A stretch of DNA of 20,000 nt from an uncultured virus (IMG/VR IMGVR_UViG_3300010885_037795) (taxonomy: Duplodnaviria; Heunggongvirae; Uroviricota; Caudoviricetes). The DNA lies in IMG/VR virus record IMGVR_UViG_3300010885_037795, positions 54,020-74,019 of that record. The stretch is one strand, 5' to 3'. The position numbers were made by a program, and so were the translations under genes. The notes under the pieces are model-generated. The model was given only the letters and a program-made list of their open reading frames with translations, ran no database searches and was not told the origin of the DNA. The stretch's first letter is position 1. Each line of letters starts with the position of its first letter. Below are positions 7,648 through 16,265 of the stretch, piece by piece.

Positions 7648-9653
7648 TGTATGATGTATTTTATACCGGCACAGCACCTGGCGTGTTTGCACACGAACGC
7701 AGTGCCAACAACATTGAACACGCACAGCAACTGAGTCGTACACGTTACTTCTGGTGGGTAACTGCACATTGTGACTACACCGACTTTGATTTTTACTTCA
7801 CACCTGTACCTTGGCAAGGAGACTTCACGCATGTATGGCCCACACAATGGAAAGAGTTCTTTGGTGCATACCTTGTGCCCACCAACAGTAAACAACTAAA
7901 CTATCACCACCACAGTGAAGTGTTACCTCCGCGGCAGCATCCAGAGCACTATACAAAACTAATCAACTGCGAGTTTGATACTGAGTGGGTTCCGCATCCT
8001 TGGGACCCACCTTACATCTATGTGTTTGGTAACCAGTGGTACCCAGCAGAGAAAATGCCCACTGTTGAATATCATGCGCCGGGTGCAACTGAGCGCAAGT
8101 TCATGCCGTGGCCACGTGCGCAACTGGTTCCTGACACTACATTATGGACAGTGCCAGAAGGCATTGATCCCGGCGACGTGGATTTTTCATGGGTGCCCGA
8201 TCCGGGCTCACCTCCATATATCTATCAGTTTGCCACACAGCATCAGAAAACAGGTGGCCCACAATATCGTATGCCCGGTGCAACTGAAGTAAAGTATGTG
8301 GAACAAGTAAAGGTACGCACCAGTCGTGTGGCTACAGCCGTTTATGAAATTGATCACAGTGACGGCAACACCGGGTATGTTCCAAACATTACTCGACGTA
8401 TTCGATTCTTTGACAACTACAAGGACACACTGATACGTCTGGCAACCAGTATAGGCGATGAACATGACTTTGTGTGGATATGTAGCAGTGCGTGTGACTA
8501 CACAAACTTTGACTTCACATGGCACCCAGAACAATGGCAAGCTACTATGTTGCATGTGTTCCCAAGCAACGACCAAAAGTTTGGAGACACATTCTTCATG
8601 CATGTGCCCACCTTTAGAGCACGTGCTGAACAGTACGAATTGTTAGATTGGTATGACCTAAACTTCTGCACCGACCAGTTAGTGCCACGCAGACCATTTC
8701 CATGTGTTGAATATTCTGGATCCAGTGTTGTACCAGTTATTCGCGAGCATGAGTTTTTGGCCCCGTATACGTTATTTCAGCATACCTTGTACAGTTCAAC
8801 ACAAGTACATGCTAGTCCGAGCCTGTGGAGTAAAAAACACCGTGAACTGATTACATTTAGCGCAGGAAACAGCGCCGCACTAGTGCCTAAAGATGTAAAA
8901 CAACACCTTGAGACACAGGTTTATGACTACCCTTGGATCAAGAAAAGTAACGATCGCTTGCCCGAACTGCCACAAGACATTGTGTTTATCAGTTACGATG
9001 AATTGAATGCAGATCAAAACTATCACAATCTTGTGAGCCGTTTTTCAAATGCCAAACGAGTACACGGTGTTGAAGGAATGGTTGCGGCACTAGAAGCAGC
9101 CGCACGTGCTAGCACAACTGATTGGTTCTATGCAGTGTTTGCCAAGACACAGGTACATGAGTCATTTGTGTTTGACTTTGCACCAGATCGTTTCCAACAA
9201 CCCAAGCATTACATATTCTATGCTATCAATGCAGTGAATGATCTAGTGTATGGAGAAATGGGCATCATCTTATACAACCGTCAAATGGTACTGGACGGTC
9301 CTGCTGAACTGGGCATTGACTATACCATGAGCTTTCCAAATGAAACCATACCGCAAATCAGTGCTTACGGTAACTTCAACACAGATCCATATCAGACCTG
9401 GCGTACTGCATTCCGTGAAACTGCAAAACTATGTTTGTTCCAGTATCAGACACCCAGCGTGGAAACAGAACACAGACTTGGTACATGGTTGTCACACGCA
9501 CGTGGTGCGCATGCTGAGTGGGCATTGCGTGGTGCGCAGGACGGAAAACAATTCTTTGAAGAAGTAGGTGCAGACGAAGCGCAACTAAAAGCAATGTTTA
9601 GTTGGAAATGGTTACGTGAACGCTACTGTAGTCTTTACGAAAAAACTTCTTGA
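7647..9653 (+). CDS. 668-aa repeat-containing protein with C-terminal GT-A/glycosyltransferase-like domain
   Basis: Repeated FDFxWxPxxWxxxxxHV[FW] units. C-terminal DIVFISYDE..A..NY..L..AKRVHGVEG..AA..TDWFYAV..FDF.PD..N.VN.LVYG..WRTAFRE. TAATG overlap with the upstream gene. Confidence 0.6.
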   Translation: MYDVFYTGTAPGVFAHERSANNIEHAQQLSRTRYFWWVTAHCDYTDFDFYFTPVPWQGDFTHVWPTQWKEFFGAYLVPTNSKQLNYHHHSEVLPPRQHPEHYTKLINCEFDTEWVPHPWDPPYIYVFGNQWYPAEKMPTVEYHAPGATERKFMPWPRAQLVPDTTLWTVPEGIDPGDVDFSWVPDPGSPPYIYQFATQHQKTGGPQYRMPGATEVKYVEQVKVRTSRVATAVYEIDHSDGNTGYVPNITRRIRFFDNYKDTLIRLATSIGDEHDFVWICSSACDYTNFDFTWHPEQWQATMLHVFPSNDQKFGDTFFMHVPTFRARAEQYELLDWYDLNFCTDQLVPRRPFPCVEYSGSSVVPVIREHEFLAPYTLFQHTLYSSTQVHASPSLWSKKHRELITFSAGNSAALVPKDVKQHLETQVYDYPWIKKSNDRLPELPQDIVFISYDELNADQNYHNLVSRFSNAKRVHGVEGMVAALEAAARASTTDWFYAVFAKTQVHESFVFDFAPDRFQQPKHYIFYAINAVNDLVYGEMGIILYNRQMVLDGPAELGIDYTMSFPNETIPQISAYGNFNTDPYQTWRTAFRETAKLCLFQYQTPSVETEHRLGTWLSHARGAHAEWALRGAQDGKQFFEEVGADEAQLKAMFSWKWLRERYCSLYEKTS

Positions 9654-10713
9654 TATAGTCGCACACAGAAATCACATCACGGTGGCTCATTTGTGCATGT
9701 ACAGGCAAACTCAAGCAACTGGCAGCTAGGTTTTCACTCACTGGTAAACTGAGATTGGTTAGGTATACCGGCTGTTGATGCATGGCACGTGGAAACTGTA
9801 TGCCTGTTTCTACGCCATGGTATGCCAGATACTGTTTCAATTCATCACGTTCATTGGTAGTGATCACAAACTGATTGTACACATGACTGCTCACAGGGTT
9901 AGTTGCTGGCAAATCAATTTCTGTCACAAATGCCAGCTCTCCGCGATATACACTGGCATGCTCTTGCCTACGTAGATTCCAATCATGCAAGTACGGTATC
10001 TTGGCATGTAGCACAGCCGCTTGCAAGCCATCCAAGCGTTCATTCCAACCACGCACAAGATGCTTGTACTTTTCCAGCCTTCCGTGATCACGTAGCATCC
10101 TGACCAAGTGACACATCTCCTCACTGCCTGTTACTGCACCAGCATCGCCCATGGCACTGAGATTCTTGCCTGGATAAAAACTAAAGCAAGTGGCATACAC
10201 TAGGTCACCAACAAAACGATCAATATATTGGCACCCTGCACTTTGTGCGGCATCTTCAATGAGTGGGATATCCCCGGCGATAGTCTTGAGTGCATCAATG
10301 TCTAGTGTTTGTCCGTACAAGTCAACAAACACAATAGCCTTGGTACTGGTATTGAGTAACCCAGCCACGGCGGCTAGGTCTAGAGTGTAGTAACGTGGAT
10401 CAATATCAACAAACACAGGCGTAGCACCCAATTGGCTGACCACTTCAGCAGTGCTGATAAAACTCATTGTTGGCACAATCACTTCATCACCGGGCCCTAT
10501 GCCCAAGCTATCCAATGCCAGCATCAGCGCACTGGTACCACTGCTGACTCCAGCGCAGGCTCTGCTTTGTGTGTGCTCTGCCCAGTCCTGTTCAAATGCC
10601 AGTACCTCTGGACCATTGATGTAACTGCTGTTCTTGATGCAACGGGCCATGGCAGTGTCCACGTCCTTGCGACACTCTAGGTACTCTTTGTGTAGGTCTG
10701 CGTACTTGATCAT
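9598..10713 (-). CDS. DegT/DnrJ/EryC1/StrS PLP-dependent sugar aminotransferase (DesV/EryCI-like)
   Basis: SSGTSAL, GIGPGDEVIVP, EDAAQS, FSFYPGKNL..GDAG (PLP Lys) and GWNERLDGLQAAVL. Start set at ATG 10713 (ATGA overlap with the upstream stop). Confidence 0.93.
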   Translation of the reverse strand: MIKYADLHKEYLECRKDVDTAMARCIKNSSYINGPEVLAFEQDWAEHTQSRACAGVSSGTSALMLALDSLGIGPGDEVIVPTMSFISTAEVVSQLGATPVFVDIDPRYYTLDLAAVAGLLNTSTKAIVFVDLYGQTLDIDALKTIAGDIPLIEDAAQSAGCQYIDRFVGDLVYATCFSFYPGKNLSAMGDAGAVTGSEEMCHLVRMLRDHGRLEKYKHLVRGWNERLDGLQAAVLHAKIPYLHDWNLRRQEHASVYRGELAFVTEIDLPATNPVSSHVYNQFVITTNERDELKQYLAYHGVETGIQFPRAMHQQPVYLTNLSLPVSENLAASCLSLPVHAQMSHRDVISVCDYIKKFFRKDYSSVHVTISN

Positions 10714-12083
10714 GCTCGTGACACCACTGGGCCTTGACTCCAAGGAATGCCAAAATCCAAATCGTCTCTTGCTTGATTTATCAGTATGCTAACCACATGA
10801 TCAAATGCATCCAAAAAGCCCACATCCATTGGCATGGGCTTGACTGTCTTGTGTTGATCGACCCAGTGTTGCGTCACACGGGTAACACTGCTGTCTTCTA
10901 CGTTGCCAATGATGTAACGGTCAGCACCTGGGCGATCCAGGAACCCTGTTTCGTGATACATGTACACATCACCTTTTACATCCACTGCCACGCTCACTTG
11001 CGGAAAGCCGTGTGGCACCAGTTCCTGCCAGTCTATCATACGCAGTTGCCCAACATCACGACCGTAACGCAAGGGTTCTAGCGCATAGCCAAAATCAAAA
11101 TGTGTGGGCCACTGGTGTTGAAACTCGCTTACTTGTGCAAACATACCCATGAGCTTTTCACGTTCTTCTGCACCCAGCACACGTATGTTCTGACTGAAGT
11201 CTTCACGTAGTGTAACAAAGTCCACGGGCCTGTTGGCAGTGCGATTGATATGTTCTATTACCTTTAGCAGTTCTAATACGTCTTGACTGTGGCCTGGCAG
11301 GATGATGTAGTTGACGCCGACCTTGACTCCGGGTGCGGCATTGATATATCCAATGATGTTTTTGATCACGTGATCAAAACTCTGACGATTCTTGGTAACT
11401 GCAAATGCTTTGTTTGCCGTGGTACCGTATAAACTAAAACGCACAGCTTCTAGATCTCGCATGCCTGGGTGCTTGTGCAGATACGCATCAGTCATCATGT
11501 TGCCATTGGTATACAACTGCATCTTGAATCCACGGCCAGCACCGTAACTGATAATCTCTCCAAGGTACGGATTGGTTAACGGCTCTAGGCCGCCGCTGAT
11601 GCGAAAGCGGTCCTGCCACATGGGATCGGTTTTGGGGTCTTGGTCAATTATTTGAAAGAACAAGTCACGGCCGATTTGTGCATAGTCTGTGTCATACTTG
11701 GCCACAGGGTTACGTCCACAAAAGCCACAATAGAACATGCAACTGAGTCCTGTATAAAGACCCACACGATTAGGATATGCCCAGTGATGATTGAATGCTG
11801 CCTGTAGTGTGCCAGATGCCAGCAACGGTGCAATGGTATTGGTCCAGTACTTGGTGCCTACACCACTGTGCAGTATCTGTTGTTGTGCCCACGCACTGGC
11901 ACGTATTTCTGCAATGGCTGATAGGTGACTTTGTTTGTCAATTGCAAAACGTTCAGCAATGGATCGTTGAGTAACAAACGGATCGTTACTCATTGCATCT
12001 ACAATTATTTTTGCATGATAGCTCAGTTCAGTTGGCGCAACTAAATCTGATACTGCGCTGTGGTGTTGATAACCTAAGCGCAT
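10710..12083 (-). CDS. desII: DesII-family radical SAM enzyme (TDP-4-amino-4,6-dideoxyglucose ammonia-lyase-like)
   Basis: Collinear motifs I recognise from DesII: YWTNTIAPLL, VGLYTGLSCMFYCGFCGR, ISGGLEPLTNP, SLYG, YIILPG, DFVTLREDFS, DFGYAL, PQVSVAVDVKGDVYMYHETGF and FLDAFDHVV. Confidence 0.88.
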   Translation of the reverse strand: MRLGYQHHSAVSDLVAPTELSYHAKIIVDAMSNDPFVTQRSIAERFAIDKQSHLSAIAEIRASAWAQQQILHSGVGTKYWTNTIAPLLASGTLQAAFNHHWAYPNRVGLYTGLSCMFYCGFCGRNPVAKYDTDYAQIGRDLFFQIIDQDPKTDPMWQDRFRISGGLEPLTNPYLGEIISYGAGRGFKMQLYTNGNMMTDAYLHKHPGMRDLEAVRFSLYGTTANKAFAVTKNRQSFDHVIKNIIGYINAAPGVKVGVNYIILPGHSQDVLELLKVIEHINRTANRPVDFVTLREDFSQNIRVLGAEEREKLMGMFAQVSEFQHQWPTHFDFGYALEPLRYGRDVGQLRMIDWQELVPHGFPQVSVAVDVKGDVYMYHETGFLDRPGADRYIIGNVEDSSVTRVTQHWVDQHKTVKPMPMDVGFLDAFDHVVSILINQARDDLDFGIPWSQGPVVSRA

Positions 12084-12086
12084 GAC

Positions 12087-13046
12087 TTATCCTTGATGGT
12101 AAGGAAAGTTTTTAAGCCAGTTGTAGTACAGTTGAAATCCTTCTTCAATGTCTACCTTGGGATCAAACCCAAAGTCTTGTCTTGCGGCATTGATGTTCAG
12201 CGCACCACGGCTAGGGAAGTCTGCATCTTTTTCACGCACTTCAATTGTGCCACGGCCAACAATCTTGCATGCCAGTTGTGCGGCCTCGTACAAGGTCTTG
12301 CTGTGGCTCTTGGTAATGTTGTAGATCCGGTTGTTGGATTCTTTGCTGACAGTGGCAGCAACAATACCGTCAGCGGCATCTCCCACATAGGTAAAATCCA
12401 GGGTTTCATTCATGCCGTTGACCTTTAGTGTACCACCGCGCATGGCAGTGAGCACAAACTTGCTGATCACACGGTCCTCCACATCCAGTTCACCGTACAC
12501 AGCACTGGGTCGAATAACAGTGTATACCATGCCGGTCTTGCGAGCATAATCTTTAACCAACCATTCTCCGGCCAGCTTCATGATACCGTACTGTCCTTGT
12601 GGCTGACAGAGGTAGTCTTCTGTGACATCGTTATCAAAGTCTCCGTAGACCATGCTAGAGCTGATGTACACAAATTTGCACACTTGAAAATCTTTTGCAC
12701 ATTCCAACAGGTTAAGCAAACCTTCACTCATGGTTCTAGAACCCAGTTGTGGATTGACGTTGACTACTTTCTGGCGCGGGAAACTTGCAAGATGAATCAC
12801 TGTGTCTGGCCGGTAGGTTTCAAAGATCCAACGCATGCCATCACGGTCACTGATGTCCACAGCATGTATACGAGTTGTGGCAATCTTCTTTAGTCGTTCA
12901 GGCATTAGGCTGTTGAGTTCAGCTTGTGGCACAAGTCCATACGTGGTACGTGTGTCTGTAATAAACACTTCGTGCCCTTGGGCTTCAAGTCGTTGCACCA
13001 CATTGTGCCCAATCAATCCCAATCCGCCAGTTACTAGTATTCTCAT
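12087..13046 (-). CDS. NAD-dependent NDP-sugar epimerase/dehydratase (extended SDR)
   Basis: TGGLGLIG Rossmann motif, HLAS, ISSSMVYG, YGIMK (YxxxK) and DFTYVGD. Confidence 0.92.
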   Translation of the reverse strand: MRILVTGGLGLIGHNVVQRLEAQGHEVFITDTRTTYGLVPQAELNSLMPERLKKIATTRIHAVDISDRDGMRWIFETYRPDTVIHLASFPRQKVVNVNPQLGSRTMSEGLLNLLECAKDFQVCKFVYISSSMVYGDFDNDVTEDYLCQPQGQYGIMKLAGEWLVKDYARKTGMVYTVIRPSAVYGELDVEDRVISKFVLTAMRGGTLKVNGMNETLDFTYVGDAADGIVAATVSKESNNRIYNITKSHSKTLYEAAQLACKIVGRGTIEVREKDADFPSRGALNINAARQDFGFDPKVDIEEGFQLYYNWLKNFPYHQG

Positions 13047-13047
13047 A

Positions 13048-13287
13048 TCACATCCATTTCAACCTATAATAGGTTGCATATTTTTCTTCACGGAACTCGC
13101 CTACAATACGCACACGATACCCATAGCTGATAGCATCGGGATCGCAGTAGAATGTGGGTGGCTCTTTGGCATGTTCCATCACAAACTTGCCTTGCTCGGT
13201 ATCCTGCCATTCGCCAAGAGGAAATGCCGCATACAAATACGGATCCTCTACATCTCCCATGGTGAACTCATGCAAGAGCATTTTCAT
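13048..13287 (-). CDS. Small hypothetical protein
   Basis: 79-aa ORF with an ATGA overlap to thyA and a 1-nt gap to the SDR gene. GDVEDP motif. Confidence 0.7.
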   Translation of the reverse strand: MKMLLHEFTMGDVEDPYLYAAFPLGEWQDTEQGKFVMEHAKEPPTFYCDPDAISYGYRVRIVGEFREEKYATYYRLKWM

Positions 13288-14198
13288 ACTGCCATTGGAG
13301 CTGAAATGGGCTCGTGATACGTGTAGTCACGCAGTTCAATGTCTGCCATGGTGAACTTGGTGATGTCTTTCACAGCAGGGTTTAACCATAAGGTCGGAAG
13401 CGGGTATGGTTCGCGTTCTAGTTGTGTCTTTACCTGCTCCACGTGATTGAGATATATGTGAGCGTCTCCGAGAACGTGAACGAACTCGCCTACTTCAAAA
13501 CCGCACACTTGAGCAATCATATGTGTGAGTAGGGAATAGGACGCTATGTTGAAAGGCACGCCTAAGAACATGTCGCAGGAACGCTGATACATTTGACAAC
13601 TCAACCGACCTTTGGAATCGACGTAAAACTGTGACAAGACGTGGCACGGTGGCAAGGCCATAGATTCTAATTCTCCAGGGTTCCAAGCAGATAATATATG
13701 TCGTCGTCCGTACGGGTCTCTATATAGACCGTCTATTAACAGTTTCAATTGATCAGTTTCAGTTTCGTGTACACCACCGGCCACACTGAAGTAGCTGCCG
13801 TAGCTGTCTTTGAAACTGCCTGCACGTGCATGTCGTGCAGTTTTCCAGTGGCGCCATTGTACCCCATACACACGGCCTAGGTCGCCTGGAAACTGTGCTT
13901 TAGGTTTCCAGTAGTCTGCTGTGGCATTGGCAGACCAGATGGTTGTCTTGCTAGACTCGGCGCTACCATGTAATATCTCTCGCAGCCGCTTCTCGTCCCC
14001 TGATCCTTCAATGAACCACAGCAGTTCTGAAACCACGCTTTTCCAAGCCAGCTTCTTTGTTGTCACAGCAGGAAAGCCGTGTGCTAGATTGTATCGTTGT
14101 TGCATGCCAAATAGGCCAATGGTACCTGTACCGGTGCGATCTTGTCGCTCTTCGCCAGTGTCAAGTATCTGTTGTAGGGCGTTGTGGTAAGTCTTCAT
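13284..14198 (-). CDS. thyA: Thymidylate synthase
   Basis: DRTGTGT, TTKKL, ELLWF, GDLGRVYGVQWR, SAWNP, MALPPCH, YQRSCDMFLGVPFNIASY, GDAHIYLNH and C-terminal PMAV. Confidence 0.97.
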   Translation of the reverse strand: MKTYHNALQQILDTGEERQDRTGTGTIGLFGMQQRYNLAHGFPAVTTKKLAWKSVVSELLWFIEGSGDEKRLREILHGSAESSKTTIWSANATADYWKPKAQFPGDLGRVYGVQWRHWKTARHARAGSFKDSYGSYFSVAGGVHETETDQLKLLIDGLYRDPYGRRHILSAWNPGELESMALPPCHVLSQFYVDSKGRLSCQMYQRSCDMFLGVPFNIASYSLLTHMIAQVCGFEVGEFVHVLGDAHIYLNHVEQVKTQLEREPYPLPTLWLNPAVKDITKFTMADIELRDYTYHEPISAPMAV

Positions 14199-14694
14199 AT
14201 AGTGGTAAAATGTTCCTGTATGTCATGAAATTGCAAGACCGGTCTTCACTGGGACATGCACTGGTTGCACGAAAGCCAATCAGGAAGTCTCGCATGTTTA
14301 TCCTGGTGTCTGATCTGTAATTGCCTTTTATGTGTGTGACATATAGATTATTACATATAACGCGACAAACTTCAAGTATTTCTTTACCACCAATCACCCA
14401 AATTGTTTTACCAGAGAACTCTTTGTGTAGTGCAAGAACTTCGCTTAGTACATCGCCTGAGATTGTGCGTACACCAAGTCGACGTGGGTTGGTAGTGACA
14501 ACTACATTTATTCTGTTTGGGAGTGGTCGATATTTTGCTGGCAAGCTATCCCAGGTGCGACGGCCCATTACAACAACTCCATTGCTAGTGAGTTCTTGAA
14601 AACGGGCCATGTCTTCGGATATGTTGGGCCAGGGCAAGGCTTGGTTAAAGCCTATACTGCCATTATAGTCAACAGCGAAGATAGCATTGATCAT
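14161..14694 (-). CDS. folA: Dihydrofolate reductase
   Basis: IG...LPW..ISEDMARF..LT, VVMGRRTWDSLP, PLPNRINVVVT and WVIGG. Adjacent to thyA with a 38-nt overlap. Confidence 0.93.
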   Translation of the reverse strand: MINAIFAVDYNGSIGFNQALPWPNISEDMARFQELTSNGVVVMGRRTWDSLPAKYRPLPNRINVVVTTNPRRLGVRTISGDVLSEVLALHKEFSGKTIWVIGGKEILEVCRVICNNLYVTHIKGNYRSDTRINMRDFLIGFRATSACPSEDRSCNFMTYRNILPLYEDLPQRPTTDT

Positions 14695-15017
14695 AAGTTT
14701 TTAAGAAAGTCGTCAGTGATTGGTTGAACTGTTTGGGCCACACTGTCAAGGCTGATGTGAAAATCCACGTCCTTGATAATGTTGTCCAATGCTGCCAATC
14801 GAGTGTTGAGCATTTGCTCTAGTTCATTTGGGTCAACACCTTCATCCAATAACTCTCTAATGTTAACATCTACTTGGGTACCATCTACTAGATTCACTAC
14901 CACGTGATCCAGCATTGTGACTGGTACTTCTTTTTTGTTAATCCCTCGAACAATCTGTTCCCATCTTTCTCTGTCGTTTATTTTAATCCGCTTTGACTTT
15001 TTTCTTGGTGGCGGCAT
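14691..15017 (-). CDS. Hypothetical protein (108 aa)
   Basis: ORF overlapping both neighbours. Basic N-terminus, acidic remainder. Confidence 0.7.
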   Translation of the reverse strand: MPPPRKKSKRIKINDRERWEQIVRGINKKEVPVTMLDHVVVNLVDGTQVDVNIRELLDEGVDPNELEQMLNTRLAALDNIIKDVDFHISLDSVAQTVQPITDDFLKNL

Positions 15018-15639
15018 TTTTTACCTTAGGCGTTGGTACAAGTTGAGAAGCTTCAGTAACTAAACGTTCTGCTTCGGCGATTAACATGGCAGCTTCTTTT
15101 TTCATTTTATCTGCTTGTGACAAACGCTGGGCGGCAAGGTCGGCATCACTTAGTGTTTCTACCACAGTGCCAGGAATAGCCTTGTCTGCTGTTCTAGCAG
15201 TGTCGCCTAGGTCTCTACCTGGTCTGGCCTTTTGCTTGCCTGTTGCGCCTTGAGCGGCATCAAGTTCGGCAAGTCGTTTGATTGCACTTTCGCCTTGCTC
15301 CATCTCTTTAAGGATTTTGTTCAGTTCGTCAAGACGAACATTTGATTTGCCTGTTGGTGTGACAATAACTTGATTTGTGGGCACCTTCTTGATCATGCCT
15401 TCTTTGTGCAACACTTCAAGACAGTTACGACCGTCTGCCATGGTCACGCGGAATAGAGCATCTGAAAATTCCTTGGCCTGTTGACCTACTGGACTTTCCA
15501 AACACTTCATGATCTCGTCATGAATCAAACGGGGAAGTACTTCACCGTATGTTACCAGGGCCATGTGATCTTCGCCTGGTACCTCTCTGAATAGAATTAC
15601 GACCTTACGGTCGTTGTGTTTACCGACGTGCTTTAGCAT
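14983..15639 (-). CDS. Hypothetical protein with coiled-coil-like, basic C-terminus
   Basis: Start reassigned to ATG 15639 (MLKHVGKH), preceded by AAGGAG at 15647-15652. Confidence 0.75.
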   Translation of the reverse strand: MLKHVGKHNDRKVVILFREVPGEDHMALVTYGEVLPRLIHDEIMKCLESPVGQQAKEFSDALFRVTMADGRNCLEVLHKEGMIKKVPTNQVIVTPTGKSNVRLDELNKILKEMEQGESAIKRLAELDAAQGATGKQKARPGRDLGDTARTADKAIPGTVVETLSDADLAAQRLSQADKMKKEAAMLIAEAERLVTEASQLVPTPKVKNAATKKKVKAD

Positions 15640-15916
15640 TTGATTTCTCCTTGGTGTTTGTGGCAACTGGTGCAGGTGCAGGCACAGGGGCCTCTTCTGC
15701 TGGTGCTGGTAGTGTTTTGCTAATTGCTCCTGTGCCTTCAAGGAATGCAATTAGGCGTGTGTATAGGGATCCAACTTGAAGCAAGTCTTCAGCGCGGAAC
15801 ACACCTCTGCCAGTACTCATTTGAATGATCTGTGCAACCAGCACTAGATCTTGCAAGGTAAGGCCTTGCGGTTGTGTTTGAGCCTGGGGCTCGTTTTGAA
15901 CGGTTTGCTCGGGCAT
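15620..15916 (-). CDS. Small hypothetical protein with Pro/Ala-rich tail
   Basis: Start reassigned to ATG 15916 (MPEQ), with GGAG at 15923-15926. Contains LTLQDL...RGVFRAEDL..VG.LY.RL..FL. Confidence 0.7.
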   Translation of the reverse strand: MPEQTVQNEPQAQTQPQGLTLQDLVLVAQIIQMSTGRGVFRAEDLLQVGSLYTRLIAFLEGTGAISKTLPAPAEEAPVPAPAPVATNTKEKSNAKARR

Positions 15917-15945
15917 TGATATCTCCAAATATTTTGAATGCAAAG

Positions 15946-15951
15946 TATTTA
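15946..15951 (-). promoter_or_regulatory. Possible T4-like late-promoter core (TAAATA)
   Basis: CTTAAATAC on the minus strand in an AT-rich intergenic gap about 30 nt upstream of ATG 15916. Partial match to the T4 late consensus TATAAATA. Confidence 0.35.
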
Positions 15952-15980
15952 AGATATCGATTAAGTGCTAATAAATTTTC

Positions 15981-16265
15981 TTACCAAGATGTATTTGGTT
16001 GATTTATCTGATCCAGGAACAGCCCAAAATAACTGGCTTCGCTATGCAGTTCAAAACTTACTTTGGCACTTTTATGAACATGCTGTTTGTCGTCTAGGTA
16101 ATAGTGTTCGCCAAAGAAGAAACGACCATACAGATTTTCATAGATCCAATCTGTAATGATCTTTTCTGTTGTGCGCAGGTCAAACACCACACTTTCAAAG
16201 TGAGGCGGCGCATGCTCTATGCGGCGCAGTCCAAACACGTTCAACGGGTTGACATCTTGTAGCAT
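15981..16265 (-). CDS. Hypothetical protein (94 aa)
   Basis: ORF with a TAATG overlap to the upstream gene. NPLNVFGLRR..PPHF segment. Confidence 0.7.
   Translation of the reverse strand: MLQDVNPLNVFGLRRIEHAPPHFESVVFDLRTTEKIITDWIYENLYGRFFFGEHYYLDDKQHVHKSAKVSFELHSEASYFGLFLDQINQPNTSW

Noticed and set aside
9598..13046. Complete desosamine/macrolide biosynthetic cluster
   Set aside because: No DesI, DesVI, DesVII, RmlA or PKS genes are in the window, and the context is not actinomycete-like.
7975..13686. Other short alternate-frame ORFs (e.g. 7975-8292, 9340-9567, 9924-10124, 12197-12409, 13495-13686)
   Set aside because: They lack the convincing SD plus coherent TM or domain pattern seen in the nested candidates at 2964 and 7019/7289.
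13284..14198. ThyA as a dCMP/dUMP hydroxymethylase for DNA hypermodification
   Set aside because: It has all canonical ThyA motifs including the PFN Asn, and it is paired with DHFR, which ordinary thymidylate synthesis needs.
14161..14198. Possible frameshifted DHFR-TS fusion
   Set aside because: Both ORFs are complete with their own starts and stops, no slippery site is evident, and short overlaps are the norm in this window.
15640..15943. Extended N-termini in the ORF track (15750 and 15943; likewise 6151, 10743, 19382, 19975)
   Set aside because: Downstream ATGs have better SDs, stop-start coupling or family-typical N-termini.
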